Shown here piece after piece: positions 1 through 8,764 of a stretch of 64,000 nucleotides of DNA (position 1 is the stretch's first letter; every line of letters begins with the position of its first letter). The position numbers and the translations under genes are program-made. This stretch comes from Alphaproteobacteria bacterium (GTDB lineage Bacteria; Pseudomonadota; Alphaproteobacteria; Sphingomonadales; SMXR01). A model generated the notes under the pieces. It saw only the letters and a program-made list of their open reading frames with translations. It was not told the origin of the DNA and did no database searches. The DNA is taken from the NCBI GenBank assembly GCA_030634465.1, contig DAOWAS010000001.1:3780-67779 (forward strand). Direction: 5' to 3'.

Positions 1-2169
1 TTATGGCGCAAGTTACCCGGCGCACGTTCTGCGGGTCGGGTGCAATCGGTTTGCCTTCGTATAATTTGTGACCGTGAGCGTGAAATTGAAATTTTTGAAC
101 CGCAAGAATATTGGAGCGTGATTAGTAATTTAAAGTCTGAGGCGGGCGATGCCCTAGCAGCTAGACTTTATAGCCTGAATGGCAACACCATTAAAAAACA
201 CGACATAAACAACGAAGCCACAGCAATGGCGGCGGTTGAGGCCATTAAAAACAGCAAGTTTAAAGTTGCCACGGTTAAGAAAAAACCAACAAAACGCAAC
301 CCATACGCACCGTTTATCACATCAACCTTACAGCAAGAGGCCGCAAGAAAATTAGGTTTCACAGCCCGCCACACCATGAGTGTCGCCCAAGCGCTGTACG
401 AAGGTAAAACCATAAAAGGTGAACCAACTGGTTTAATAACCTATATGCGTACTGACGGTGTTACTATGGCGGGTGAGGCCATTAATGCCACCCGCAATCT
501 AATAGCGGAAAACTATGGCAAACAATATGTGCCTGACAGCCCACGCATGTACAAAAGCAAGGTTAAAAACGCCCAAGAAGGCCATGAGGCCATTCGCCCA
601 ACAAACTTTAACCTGCCACCAAACAGCGTTAAGTCTGTTTTGGATAATGATGAGTTCAGGCTTTATGACTTAATTTGGAAACGCACACTTGCTTGCCAAA
701 TGGCAAGTGCGCAAATGGAACAAACAAGCGTTGATATTGCCAATGCTGATGCCAGCGTTAACCTGCGTGTAAGTGGCACGGTTGTTGTGTTTGACGGGTT
801 TTTAAAGCTGTATCAGGAAAGTTCTGATGACGACGACAAAAAAGATGATGAAACCCGCCTGCCCGCCCTTAAAGAGGGCGAGGCTATCGAACTGGTGTCA
901 GTAGACCCCAAACAACATTTCACCGACCCGCCACCACGTTTTTCCGAAGCTAGTTTGGTTAAAAAAATGGAAGAGCTGGGCATTGGTCGTCCGTCTACAT
1001 ATGCATCTACGCTTTCAGTGTTGCGCCAAAGAAACTATGTAACAATGGAAAACAAACGCTTTGTGCCAGATGACAAAGGTCAAATTGTTACAGCGTTTTT
1101 AGAAGCATTTTTTGGTAAATATGTTGAATATGACTTCACCGCCGAATTGGAAACCGATCTTGATTTGGTTTCAGCAGGTGATGCCAAATGGTTAGAAATT
1201 CTAGAAAATTTCTGGAAACCGTTCCACAAAGTAACCGAAGATGTGATGGAAATTCGCACCAAAGATATTTTAGATGCCTTGAACGATTATTTGGCACCGC
1301 ACATTTTCAAGCAAACAGAAGAAGGCGTTGACCCACGCAAATGCCCGACTTGTGATGATGGCATGTTAAGCCTGAAAACCAGCAAGCACGGCGCATTTAT
1401 TGGTTGCACCAACTATCCTGAATGTAGCTACACCAGAAAAATGTCTGGCAATGGCGCTGATGGTGGCTTGGAAAATGGCAATCAGATTTTGGGCATTGAC
1501 CCTGAAACCGAGCTGGAAGTTAGCTTGCGTGATGGTCGTTTTGGCCCATATTTACAAATTGGTGAAATGGAAAAAGGTGGCCCTAAACCACCACGTGCCA
1601 GTATTCCAAAAGACATGTCACCCGATACTGTTGACTTTGAAATGGCGTTAAAGCTGTTGTCATTGCCACGAGAAATTGGCCCGCACCCTGAAACTGGTAA
1701 AATGATAACAACTGCAATTGGTCGTTTTGGCCCATACCTAAAGCACGATGGTGCATTTGCCAGCCTGTCATCCACCGAAGAGGTGTTTAGTGTGGGTGCT
1801 AACCGCGCCGTAACATTGCTAGCAGAAGCAAAGCTGAAGAAAAAAGGCCCACAAGCCCTGAAAGAACTGGGTAAACACCCAAGCGATGATGGTATAATTC
1901 AGGTTATGGATGGTCGTTACGGCCCCTATGTAAAGCATGGCAAAACCAATGCCACATTGCCAAAAGGCACAACACCCGACAACGTGACGTTAGAACAAGC
2001 AATTGAGCTAATAGATGCCAAAGTGGCAAAGGGTGGCAAAAAACCAGCGAAAAAGAAGGCCGCTAAGAAGAAACCAGCAAAGAAAAAAGCAGCAGCTAAA
2101 AAGAAAGCTCCTGCTAAGAAAAAGGCACCTGCTAAAAAGAAAGCTACTGCTAAGAAAAAAGCTGATTAA
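1..2169 (+). CDS. topA: DNA topoisomerase I, 5' end outside window
   Basis: Frame 1 is open from nt 1 (LWRKLPGARSAGRVQSV... is conserved topo IA core), so the listed Met at 40 is internal. It has a C-terminal Zn-ribbon (CPTCDDG...GCTNYPEC) and repeated GRFGPY motifs, and ends in a Lys/Ala-rich tail. Confidence 0.95.
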   Translation, partial: LWRKLPGARSAGRVQSVCLRIICDREREIEIFEPQEYWSVISNLKSEAGDALAARLYSLNGNTIKKHDINNEATAMAAVEAIKNSKFKVATVKKKPTKRNPYAPFITSTLQQEAARKLGFTARHTMSVAQALYEGKTIKGEPTGLITYMRTDGVTMAGEAINATRNLIAENYGKQYVPDSPRMYKSKVKNAQEGHEAIRPTNFNLPPNSVKSVLDNDEFRLYDLIWKRTLACQMASAQMEQTSVDIANADASVNLRVSGTVVVFDGFLKLYQESSDDDDKKDDETRLPALKEGEAIELVSVDPKQHFTDPPPRFSEASLVKKMEELGIGRPSTYASTLSVLRQRNYVTMENKRFVPDDKGQIVTAFLEAFFGKYVEYDFTAELETDLDLVSAGDAKWLEILENFWKPFHKVTEDVMEIRTKDILDALNDYLAPHIFKQTEEGVDPRKCPTCDDGMLSLKTSKHGAFIGCTNYPECSYTRKMSGNGADGGLENGNQILGIDPETELEVSLRDGRFGPYLQIGEMEKGGPKPPRASIPKDMSPDTVDFEMALKLLSLPREIGPHPETGKMITTAIGRFGPYLKHDGAFASLSSTEEVFSVGANRAVTLLAEAKLKKKGPQALKELGKHPSDDGIIQVMDGRYGPYVKHGKTNATLPKGTTPDNVTLEQAIELIDAKVAKGGKKPAKKKAAKKKPAKKKAAAKKKAPAKKKAPAKKKATAKKKAD

Positions 2170-2171
2170 CG

Positions 2172-4463
2172 GTGCCAAAAGGCTCAAAAAAAGCTCCCTT
2201 CCCCAGTAAGGATGAAATTTTAGAATTTCTGAAAACTGGCGGGCAAAAGCCCAATAAAAGGGAAATTGCCCGAGCCTTTCACATTCGTGGTGATGAGCGT
2301 GTGCGCCTGAAAATGCTGTTGGCTGAAATGGCCGATGAAGGCCTGATTGAAAAAGATACAAAAAAAGACCTGCGCCCCAAAGGGGTTCTGCCGCCTGTTA
2401 GCGTGGTGGAAATTACTGGCATTGACCGCTACGGCGATTTGCGTGCCGCACCCGTTAAATGGCCTTTAAACGATGGTGAAGCATCAGACCCACCAAGAAT
2501 ATTTATGGTAACTAGCAAACGGCAAGGTGCAACCTTAGCGAAGGGCGACCAAGCACTGGTGCGTTTAAGCCCATCCAAAGACCGTGAGGGTTTTTATTAT
2601 TCAGCCCGCATTATAAAGGCGCTAGATAACAGCCAGCCTGAAACCACCATTGGTATTTATAAAGAACACTACCACCGGGGCAAAACTGAGGGTCGTTTGC
2701 ACCCCGTTAGCCGCAAAGAAAAACACGAATATATCATCAGCAAATCTGACAAGGGCAGCGCCACAGAGGGTGCATTGGTCAGGGCGTCTATTTTACCCTA
2801 TAAAAGCGGCAAGGCATATGGCCTGCGCCATGCCAAGGTGTTGGAAAACCTGAACGATTTGACCGCACCAAAGTCAATTTCGCTAATTGCCCTATACCAA
2901 AATGAAATTCCCATTGAGTTTTCAGACGAAGCCGCAAAAGAAGCAGAAAATGCCAAGGCATTAACCACAAAAGACTTGGGCGGCAAAAGCAAAAGGGTTG
3001 ACCTAACCGGGCTGGCGTTCATTACCATTGACCCACACGATGCTAGGGACCATGACGATGCTATTTTAGCGCGACCTGACGACAACCCCGCCAACAAAGG
3101 CGGCTGGGTCATTGCCGTGGCAATCGCCGATGTATCGCACTATGTATGCAGTGGCAGTGCTTTAGACAAAGACGCTAGGTTGCGGGGCAACAGTTGTTAT
3201 TTGCCAGACCGTGTGGTGCCAATGTTGCCTGAGAAGCTTTCCACCGACCTATGTTCGCTAAAACCTGGCGTGGAACGCCCGGCAATGGTGGCGCATATAT
3301 GGATTGACAAAAATGGGGTTAAGCTTCGCCAGAAATTTGAGCGTGCAATTATAAAATCAATAGCCAATGTGCACTATCAAGAGGTGCAAGCGGCAATTGA
3401 TGGCGATACCAACGAAAACACCCTGCCCCTATTGGATAATGTATTAAAACCATTATACAGCGCGTTTCACGCCCTTGATCGCGAGCGCACAGCCAGACAG
3501 CCGTTGGATTTAGAACTGCCAGAACGTAAAGTTATTCTGGACGACGACGGTAATGTGAAAGATATTATTAAAAGAGATCGTTTGCTGAGCCACCGTCTGG
3601 TTGAAGAATATATGATTTTAGCCAATGTGGCGGCGGCGGAAGCTTTGGAGCAAAAACACACACCATGCATGTACCGTGTGCATGACGAACCTAGCTTTGA
3701 AAAAATTGATGGTTTGCGAGAATTTCTCGCCTCACTCGAAATCAGCCTAGCCAAAGGTCAGGTGCTTAAGCCTAAAACTTTCAATACTATTTTGAGAAAA
3801 GTAGAAGGTGAAACATACCAAGACCTAGTTAATCAGGTGGTTTTACGCAGCCAAACGCAAGCATATTACAGCCCCGAAAACCACGGTCACTTTGGCCTAG
3901 CCCTACCTAAATATGGGCATTTCACATCGCCCATCAGGCGCTATTCTGATGTTTTGGTGCATCGGGGGTTAATTAGCGCCTATGGCTTGGGTGATGATGG
4001 CTTGAGCAAAGACGATAAAGCAAAAATGACTGAACTGGGCGAGGCTATATCCATAACTGAACGCCGCGCTATGGCGGCTGAACGCCAAACCACTGACCGT
4101 TATTTGGCAGCCTACATGAACGAAAGAGTTGGTGAAGAGCTGGAAGGACGTATTTCAGGAGTGACCAGATTTGGTCTTTTTGTAACACTTGAGCCATCAG
4201 GCGCAGATGGCCTGATACCAATTTCCAGCATTGGGTCAGATTATTACGACCATGATGAAACCCACCACCAGTTAGTCGGCAGACGAAGCGGCAAACGCTA
4301 CCGTTTGGGCGACACGGTTTCGGTTAGACTGTTAGAGGCCGATGCTATTTCAGGCAGCCTCAGGTTCGAATTGTTAGAAGAAGGTGTTTCAAAAAAAGCG
4401 CCAAAACGACAAAAATATGGTCAGAAAAAATTTAAAAAAGGTCGCCACAAACATAGGCGATAA
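2172..4463 (+). CDS. rnr: Ribonuclease R (RNB family 3'-5' exoribonuclease)
   Basis: 763-aa ORF with a GTG start 2 nt after the topA stop. It has the RNB catalytic motif ITIDPHDARDHDDA, a C-terminal S1-like domain (GRISGVTRFGLFV) and a basic tail. Confidence 0.92.
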   Translation: MPKGSKKAPFPSKDEILEFLKTGGQKPNKREIARAFHIRGDERVRLKMLLAEMADEGLIEKDTKKDLRPKGVLPPVSVVEITGIDRYGDLRAAPVKWPLNDGEASDPPRIFMVTSKRQGATLAKGDQALVRLSPSKDREGFYYSARIIKALDNSQPETTIGIYKEHYHRGKTEGRLHPVSRKEKHEYIISKSDKGSATEGALVRASILPYKSGKAYGLRHAKVLENLNDLTAPKSISLIALYQNEIPIEFSDEAAKEAENAKALTTKDLGGKSKRVDLTGLAFITIDPHDARDHDDAILARPDDNPANKGGWVIAVAIADVSHYVCSGSALDKDARLRGNSCYLPDRVVPMLPEKLSTDLCSLKPGVERPAMVAHIWIDKNGVKLRQKFERAIIKSIANVHYQEVQAAIDGDTNENTLPLLDNVLKPLYSAFHALDRERTARQPLDLELPERKVILDDDGNVKDIIKRDRLLSHRLVEEYMILANVAAAEALEQKHTPCMYRVHDEPSFEKIDGLREFLASLEISLAKGQVLKPKTFNTILRKVEGETYQDLVNQVVLRSQTQAYYSPENHGHFGLALPKYGHFTSPIRRYSDVLVHRGLISAYGLGDDGLSKDDKAKMTELGEAISITERRAMAAERQTTDRYLAAYMNERVGEELEGRISGVTRFGLFVTLEPSGADGLIPISSIGSDYYDHDETHHQLVGRRSGKRYRLGDTVSVRLLEADAISGSLRFELLEEGVSKKAPKRQKYGQKKFKKGRHKHRR

Positions 4464-4523
4464 TTTTATATGGCTAAAACATGGTATTTTTAGCTAAACA
4501 GTGTAAAAAAAACATAACTTCAC

Positions 4524-4551
4524 TTGACATAACCCGCCCCATGACTATTGT
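4524..4551 (+). promoter_or_regulatory. Candidate sigma-70 promoter for rpmG
   Basis: TTGACA (4524-4529), a 16-nt spacer, then TATTGT (4546-4551), about 100 nt upstream of the rpmG ATG. Confidence 0.3.
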
Positions 4552-4650
4552 CTGCGTTTCATTTCGCATGCTAAAAAATTATGGCGGCAAAATAGAAATT
4601 AGAATTTTAAGAACTAAGTCGTAAAGACTGCTAATATTGGAACTTGGATC

Positions 4651-4818
4651 ATGGCCAAACCAACCGCATTAAAAATTAAATTAGTAAGCACAGCCGACAC
4701 TGGCTATTACTATGTAACCACAAAGAACCCACGTACATTAACCGAAAAAATGGTTAAGCGTAAGTATGACCCCGTTGTCAGAAAACATGTTGAGTTCAAA
4801 GAAGCTAAAATTAAATAG
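4651..4818 (+). CDS. rpmG: 50S ribosomal protein L33
   Basis: My own translation gives [55 protein letters not shown] (55 aa), below the 60-aa track cutoff. This is a typical L33 sequence (STA.TG.FY.T.KN....KL...KYDP..RKHV.F.E.K). Confidence 0.93.
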   Translation: MAKPTALKIKLVSTADTGYYYVTTKNPRTLTEKMVKRKYDPVVRKHVEFKEAKIK

Positions 4819-4853
4819 CTTCTGTCAGCGTTACTAAATAACTAATCTGTAGG

Positions 4854-4882
4854 GAAACTGGCTTTTAGCCGGTTTCTTTTTT
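4854..4882. terminator. Bidirectional rho-independent terminator between convergent rpmG and pleD
   Basis: GAAACTGGC-TTTTA-GCCGGTTTC hairpin (9-bp stem with one G-U) followed by TTTTTT on the + strand. An A-run precedes it for the opposite strand only weakly. It overlaps the pleD stop. Confidence 0.55.
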
Positions 4883-6248
4883 AATCAGAGATAATTACGC
4901 AGTTTCTGCCGCTTTCCTTAGCCTGATACAGTGCTGTGTCAGCCCTTCTTAGAAGCTCTTTTGCATTAACCTCATCACCAACCATTGTAACCAGACCTAT
5001 ACTGGTGGTTACTTGTATGGGTGACTTATTGCCTGATATTAAAAATGGTAAATCAGCCGTGGTTGCTCGCAACCGCTCTGAAATATGTACAGCGTCGGCT
5101 GATCTGGTATCAGGCATGATGATAACAAACTCCTCCCCACCGTAACGAGCGGCTAAGTCAACACCGCGAATATTGCGTGCAATGCGCTGGGAAAACTCCT
5201 GCAAAACCTCATCACCCGAGGCATGACCATAATTATCATTCACCAGTTTGAAGTTATCCAAATCCATCATAACCAGAGATATTTCTTTACCTGTGCTTTT
5301 GGCGGCCTTTACCAGTGTATCCAGATGGCTAGACATATAATGACGATTATAAAGCCCTGTAACCGCATCTGTTGTTGCCAGTTGCAGGCTTAAATGCAGA
5401 TTTTCTCGTAACTGCTCGGCATAGCGCTTGCGTTTTATTTGGGTTTTAACACGTGCGATAAGCTCCAACTCGTCCGCAGGGGCAATAAGATAGTCATTTA
5501 CCCCCATCTCCAGTGCCTTAACCAAAAGCTGGGTGTTGTTGTTATCAACCACAACCAAAATTGGGAGCTGGCGAGTTTCCTCATACGAACGCATTTGCGA
5601 GCAGACCCTTAAACCATCAGTTTCTGACATCAGCAAGTTTATGATAACCAAATCATAATCGCGCTCCCTGATTTTGCTAATAACATCTTTACCGCCGCCC
5701 AAATGGTGCAGCTTGCCAATAAGCTTCAAATCACTAGCAAGTTTTTTTGCTGAAACAGGGTCTTCGTCCAATAATAAAATTTGCGTATTGCCAGGGTCAA
5801 AATTAAATTCCGCCATGCCTTTGGTAGCGCCAAGAGACATTTCAGTGCTTTCACGGTTTCTAATTTCGTCCATGGTAACCTTAAGACGGACTAACGAGCG
5901 AACCCTTGCAAACAGGGCAACATCCTCAACTGGTTTTGTTAAAAAGTCGTCAGCACCAGCGTCCAAACCAGCAATACGATCGCTTTGTTTGTCCAGTGCA
6001 GTTACCATAACAACGGGGATATGTGCGGTTTTGCTATCGCCTTTTATGCGCTTGCATACTTCAAAGCCATTCATACCCGGCATCATAACATCTAACAGCA
6101 CAATATCTGGCATTTCACGGTGAATAAGCTCCAGCGCCTCAGGCCCTGAGGTCGCTGTCATAACATCAAAATACTCACCCAGAAGCTTAGCTTCCAGAAG
6201 CTTAACGTTAGGCAGGACATCATCTACAACTAGGACACGTGCTGTCAC
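4881..6248 (-). CDS. pleD: Response regulator diguanylate cyclase PleD (REC-REC-GGDEF)
   Basis: Two receiver domains. The first carries the acceptor context DIVLLDVMMPGMNG; the second is degenerate. The C-terminal GGDEF domain has an active GGEEF and an RxxD I-site (RGVDLAARYGGEEF). It lies immediately downstream of divK, as in Caulobacter. Confidence 0.9.
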   Translation of the reverse strand: MTARVLVVDDVLPNVKLLEAKLLGEYFDVMTATSGPEALELIHREMPDIVLLDVMMPGMNGFEVCKRIKGDSKTAHIPVVMVTALDKQSDRIAGLDAGADDFLTKPVEDVALFARVRSLVRLKVTMDEIRNRESTEMSLGATKGMAEFNFDPGNTQILLLDEDPVSAKKLASDLKLIGKLHHLGGGKDVISKIRERDYDLVIINLLMSETDGLRVCSQMRSYEETRQLPILVVVDNNNTQLLVKALEMGVNDYLIAPADELELIARVKTQIKRKRYAEQLRENLHLSLQLATTDAVTGLYNRHYMSSHLDTLVKAAKSTGKEISLVMMDLDNFKLVNDNYGHASGDEVLQEFSQRIARNIRGVDLAARYGGEEFVIIMPDTRSADAVHISERLRATTADLPFLISGNKSPIQVTTSIGLVTMVGDEVNAKELLRRADTALYQAKESGRNCVIISD

Positions 6249-6252
6249 TTAA

Positions 6253-6618
6253 TTACCCCGTAAACTGTTTAATTGTATCAAGGAAAAGGTTAACTGATAT
6301 TGGTTTGGCAATATATGCTTCACAGCCCCCATCACGGATTTTTTCTTCATCGCCCTTCATGGCAAATGCGGTCACAGCCACAATTGGAATGGAGCGAAGT
6401 TCATCATCTTCTTTTATCCACTTAGTTACCTCTAGGCCAGAAACCTCAGGCAACTGAATGTCCATCAATATCAAGTCTGGCTTGTGTTCTTTCGCCAAAT
6501 CCAAAGCAGACATGCCATCCCTCGTTTGAATAGTGGCATAGTCATGCGCTTCCAACAGGTCACAAAAAAGCTTCATATTCAGCTCATTGTCTTCAACAAT
6601 AAGAATTTTTTTAGTCAT
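6253..6618 (-). CDS. divK: Single-domain cell-cycle response regulator DivK
   Basis: 121-aa stand-alone receiver ([13 protein letters not shown]...[14 protein letters not shown]...[22 protein letters not shown]), in an operon with pleD. Confidence 0.88.
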   Translation of the reverse strand: MTKKILIVEDNELNMKLFCDLLEAHDYATIQTRDGMSALDLAKEHKPDLILMDIQLPEVSGLEVTKWIKEDDELRSIPIVAVTAFAMKGDEEKIRDGGCEAYIAKPISVNLFLDTIKQFTG

Positions 6619-6889
6619 TACCCTTTAAACCTTCATACACAACTCTGGTTGCACTCAGTATTTCTATAATAATACTACAGAGTTAATCATATCTAAAAAT
6701 TAACAAATAAAAGACTTGGAACTTAACTCTACCCTATATTTATTCCCGCAAAAGTTTAAACTAGCCTTAGCGGATAGGAATTTTGATCAAAAAATTGTGA
6801 TTATAATATGACATCCCCATATATGCCCCCAATCGACAAGCAAGTTAACCCTTCTTGGCTTATATGTACACAAACTTAACTAACATGGT

Positions 6890-7564
6890 ATGAATATGCG
6901 TCTAGACCAAAATATTTCAGAGCAGATTGAAGCCATAAAGCTTAAAGAAAACAAACCTTTAATCATTTCCGATGCTGATGAGGTTTTAGTTCATTTTGCC
7001 TCGCCTTTAGAGCAATTTTTCGACACTAATAACATGTCTATTTCATTCACCAGCTATAAACTGTTTGGCAACGTGCATTTTAAAGATAGCAAAAAGGCGG
7101 TTTCCAAGGGACAAATACTTGAACTTTTGCAAAGCTTTTTCATTGAAAAGGTTCATACCTGCCCACCAGTTGAGGGGGTAAAAACGGCTTTAGACAGTTT
7201 AAAAGAAAAATATCAAATAATAATTTTGACCAACACCCCCCATGAGGCAAAAGAACGTCGCATCAAAGCACTTAAGGGTTTGGGTTTAGATTTTCCTTTA
7301 ATTTCTAACGATGGTCACAAGGGTTTGGCTGTGCGTGAAATATGTAAAAACCTTAACGCACCTGCGCTTTTCTTAGATGACATCCCCCACCATCATACCT
7401 CAGTGGCGGAACATGCCCCGCACGTGCACCGCATTCACTTTGTTGCTGACACACGTCTAGCAAAGCTATTGCCCCCTGCGGCTGACAGCCACGAACGAAT
7501 TGACAACTGGGCTGATGCTGAGGCGTATATTTCTAAATATTTTAGAGATTATCTCTCACGCTAG
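6890..7564 (+). CDS. HAD-superfamily hydrolase-like protein, function unknown
   Basis: HAD motif I ISDADEVL (DxDxV), motif II IIILTNT and motif IV FLDD. No closer family was recognised. Confidence 0.55.
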   Translation: MNMRLDQNISEQIEAIKLKENKPLIISDADEVLVHFASPLEQFFDTNNMSISFTSYKLFGNVHFKDSKKAVSKGQILELLQSFFIEKVHTCPPVEGVKTALDSLKEKYQIIILTNTPHEAKERRIKALKGLGLDFPLISNDGHKGLAVREICKNLNAPALFLDDIPHHHTSVAEHAPHVHRIHFVADTRLAKLLPPAADSHERIDNWADAEAYISKYFRDYLSR

Positions 7565-7574
7565 TTAGCTGTTT

Positions 7575-7838
7575 TTTATAGCTCACGGCTGTCGCAGATA
7601 AATCTGCTTCGCCTGCGCATACGCTTCGTATTAACTCGGACGGGCATGCGCCCTACGTTACTCAGCTCATATTACAACTAACTGGGTGTGTTGCCGTTAG
7701 ATAAAAAATGGACGAGTAGCTATAATAGCTATGAGGACTAGCGACCAAGCGGGAGCGCAGCCTGCGTGGCGCCAAAGGGCGTAAGCCCTGAACGCAATAA
7801 GCCACGGCGAAGATTTAGCTTCTGCCGTGAGCTATAAA
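7575..7838. repeat. 264-bp long imperfect inverted repeat (MITE-like element or structured RNA locus)
   Basis: Perfect 15-bp termini: TTTATAGCTCACGGC (7575-7589) and GCCGTGAGCTATAAA (7824-7838). Arm similarity continues inward with indels. There is a central 15-nt palindrome TAGCTATAATAGCTA (7717-7731). No credible ORF lies inside. Confidence 0.6.
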
Positions 7839-7981
7839 TTATCCCAAAAACCCTTTTTTACCTGCCAAGCAAATATGTCATGGCAAAAACTTCCCATTAT
7901 CCAACTATTTCTCCCAATAAAAAGGCCATCCCCTTGGAATATAAGCATTTTTTATATTGGCACAGTTAATGCATTCTAACC

Positions 7982-8713
7982 ATGCAAGAACGACCCTTTA
8001 TTTTGGAGACGATTATGAACCGTTCAGCCATACTTGCTGAGAAGCTATCAGAAAACTACAGCCCCTATGTTGGCAGGCTGGCTGAACGCTTGGTCAACAG
8101 CAGTCAGAAAAATAATGACATTATCAACGAAGGCAGTTGGGGTCTTATTGAAGAGATATTTGGTTTTGCTATTGAGGCTGAACGTCAGCTTATTGAGCAA
8201 GAAGATAAGATAACCCTGTTAGAGGGCCTGTCATCAACCGATGACCTTACAGGCTTAGCAAACAGGCGTGGTCTTTTAGAATTTTTAGATGGTAGCATTG
8301 CCCGCGCACGTCGCCACGGTCGCCGTGGTATTGTTGGCTATTTTGACCTAGACTGGTTTAAAGACATTAACGACACCCTTGGTCACCAAGCAGGTGACGA
8401 GGTGTTAAAACATGTGGGTGATGTTCTTTCACAAAATATCAGACGGTGCGACCTTGCCGCAAGACCAGGTGGCGATGAGTTTATTGTAGTGTTAGATGGT
8501 GCCGAATTAGACCTTGGTACCGAGCGGTTGAAATTTATTCAAAACATTATCAACACCGTGCCATTTAACAATAAAGGCCTGCCAGTTGACCTGAACATCA
8601 GCCTTGGTTTTTCATATTTCAGCGCCAGTTCTGACCCACTAAAAATATTGGAAGAGGCAGACCAAGCAATGTACAGCCAAAAGGGTGAACCTTTGAAAAA
8701 AACTGCCCACTAA
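7982..8713 (+). CDS. Diguanylate cyclase (GGDEF domain) with no recognisable sensor domain
   Basis: GGDEF domain with an active-site GGDEF and an RxxD I-site (RRCDLAARPGGDEF). The N-terminal ~80 aa are predicted helical only. An alternative start at ATG 8015 has a better SD (GGAG 8 nt upstream). Confidence 0.85.
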   Translation: MQERPFILETIMNRSAILAEKLSENYSPYVGRLAERLVNSSQKNNDIINEGSWGLIEEIFGFAIEAERQLIEQEDKITLLEGLSSTDDLTGLANRRGLLEFLDGSIARARRHGRRGIVGYFDLDWFKDINDTLGHQAGDEVLKHVGDVLSQNIRRCDLAARPGGDEFIVVLDGAELDLGTERLKFIQNIINTVPFNNKGLPVDLNISLGFSYFSASSDPLKILEEADQAMYSQKGEPLKKTAH

Positions 8714-8764
8714 TTGCTGAAACTGCTATAAAGCCCTCTCAAAATAATTTGAAAGGGTTTTTCC

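Noticed and set aside
2008-2361. ORFs 2008-2361 (minus) and 2015-2209 (plus) with extremely Lys/Arg/Leu-rich translations.
   Set aside because: Frame-shifted or antisense readings of the AAG/AAA/GCT repeat that encodes the TopA Lys-rich tail. They also overlap the rnr start.
7625-7665. The complement of the left arm contains UAGGGC...GCCCGUCCGAG, reminiscent of the GGUCCGAGAG core of ykkC/guanidine-I riboswitches.
   Set aside because: Only a heptamer-level match. The rest of the ykkC consensus (ACGR, GGGA and AAAGCCCGGGAG segments) is absent, and there is no downstream gene on that strand.
7770-7840. The right arm of the inverted-repeat element superficially resembles a c-di-GMP-I (GEMM) riboswitch. 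It reads CCAAA, a GGGC-GUAA-GCCC hairpin with a GNRA loop, GAACGCAAUAAGCC (compare the conserved GACGCAAAGCC), then a second hairpin ACGGCGAAG...CUUCUGCCGU. It sits upstream of a GGDEF gene.
   Set aside because: The conserved ACGCAAAGCC junction carries a 2-nt insertion. I cannot form the closing P1 helix from the flanks. A diverged inverted copy of the same module exists on the other strand, pointing at no gene, which fits a DNA repeat better. Still worth a cmsearch with the c-di-GMP-I model; a significant score would overturn this rejection.
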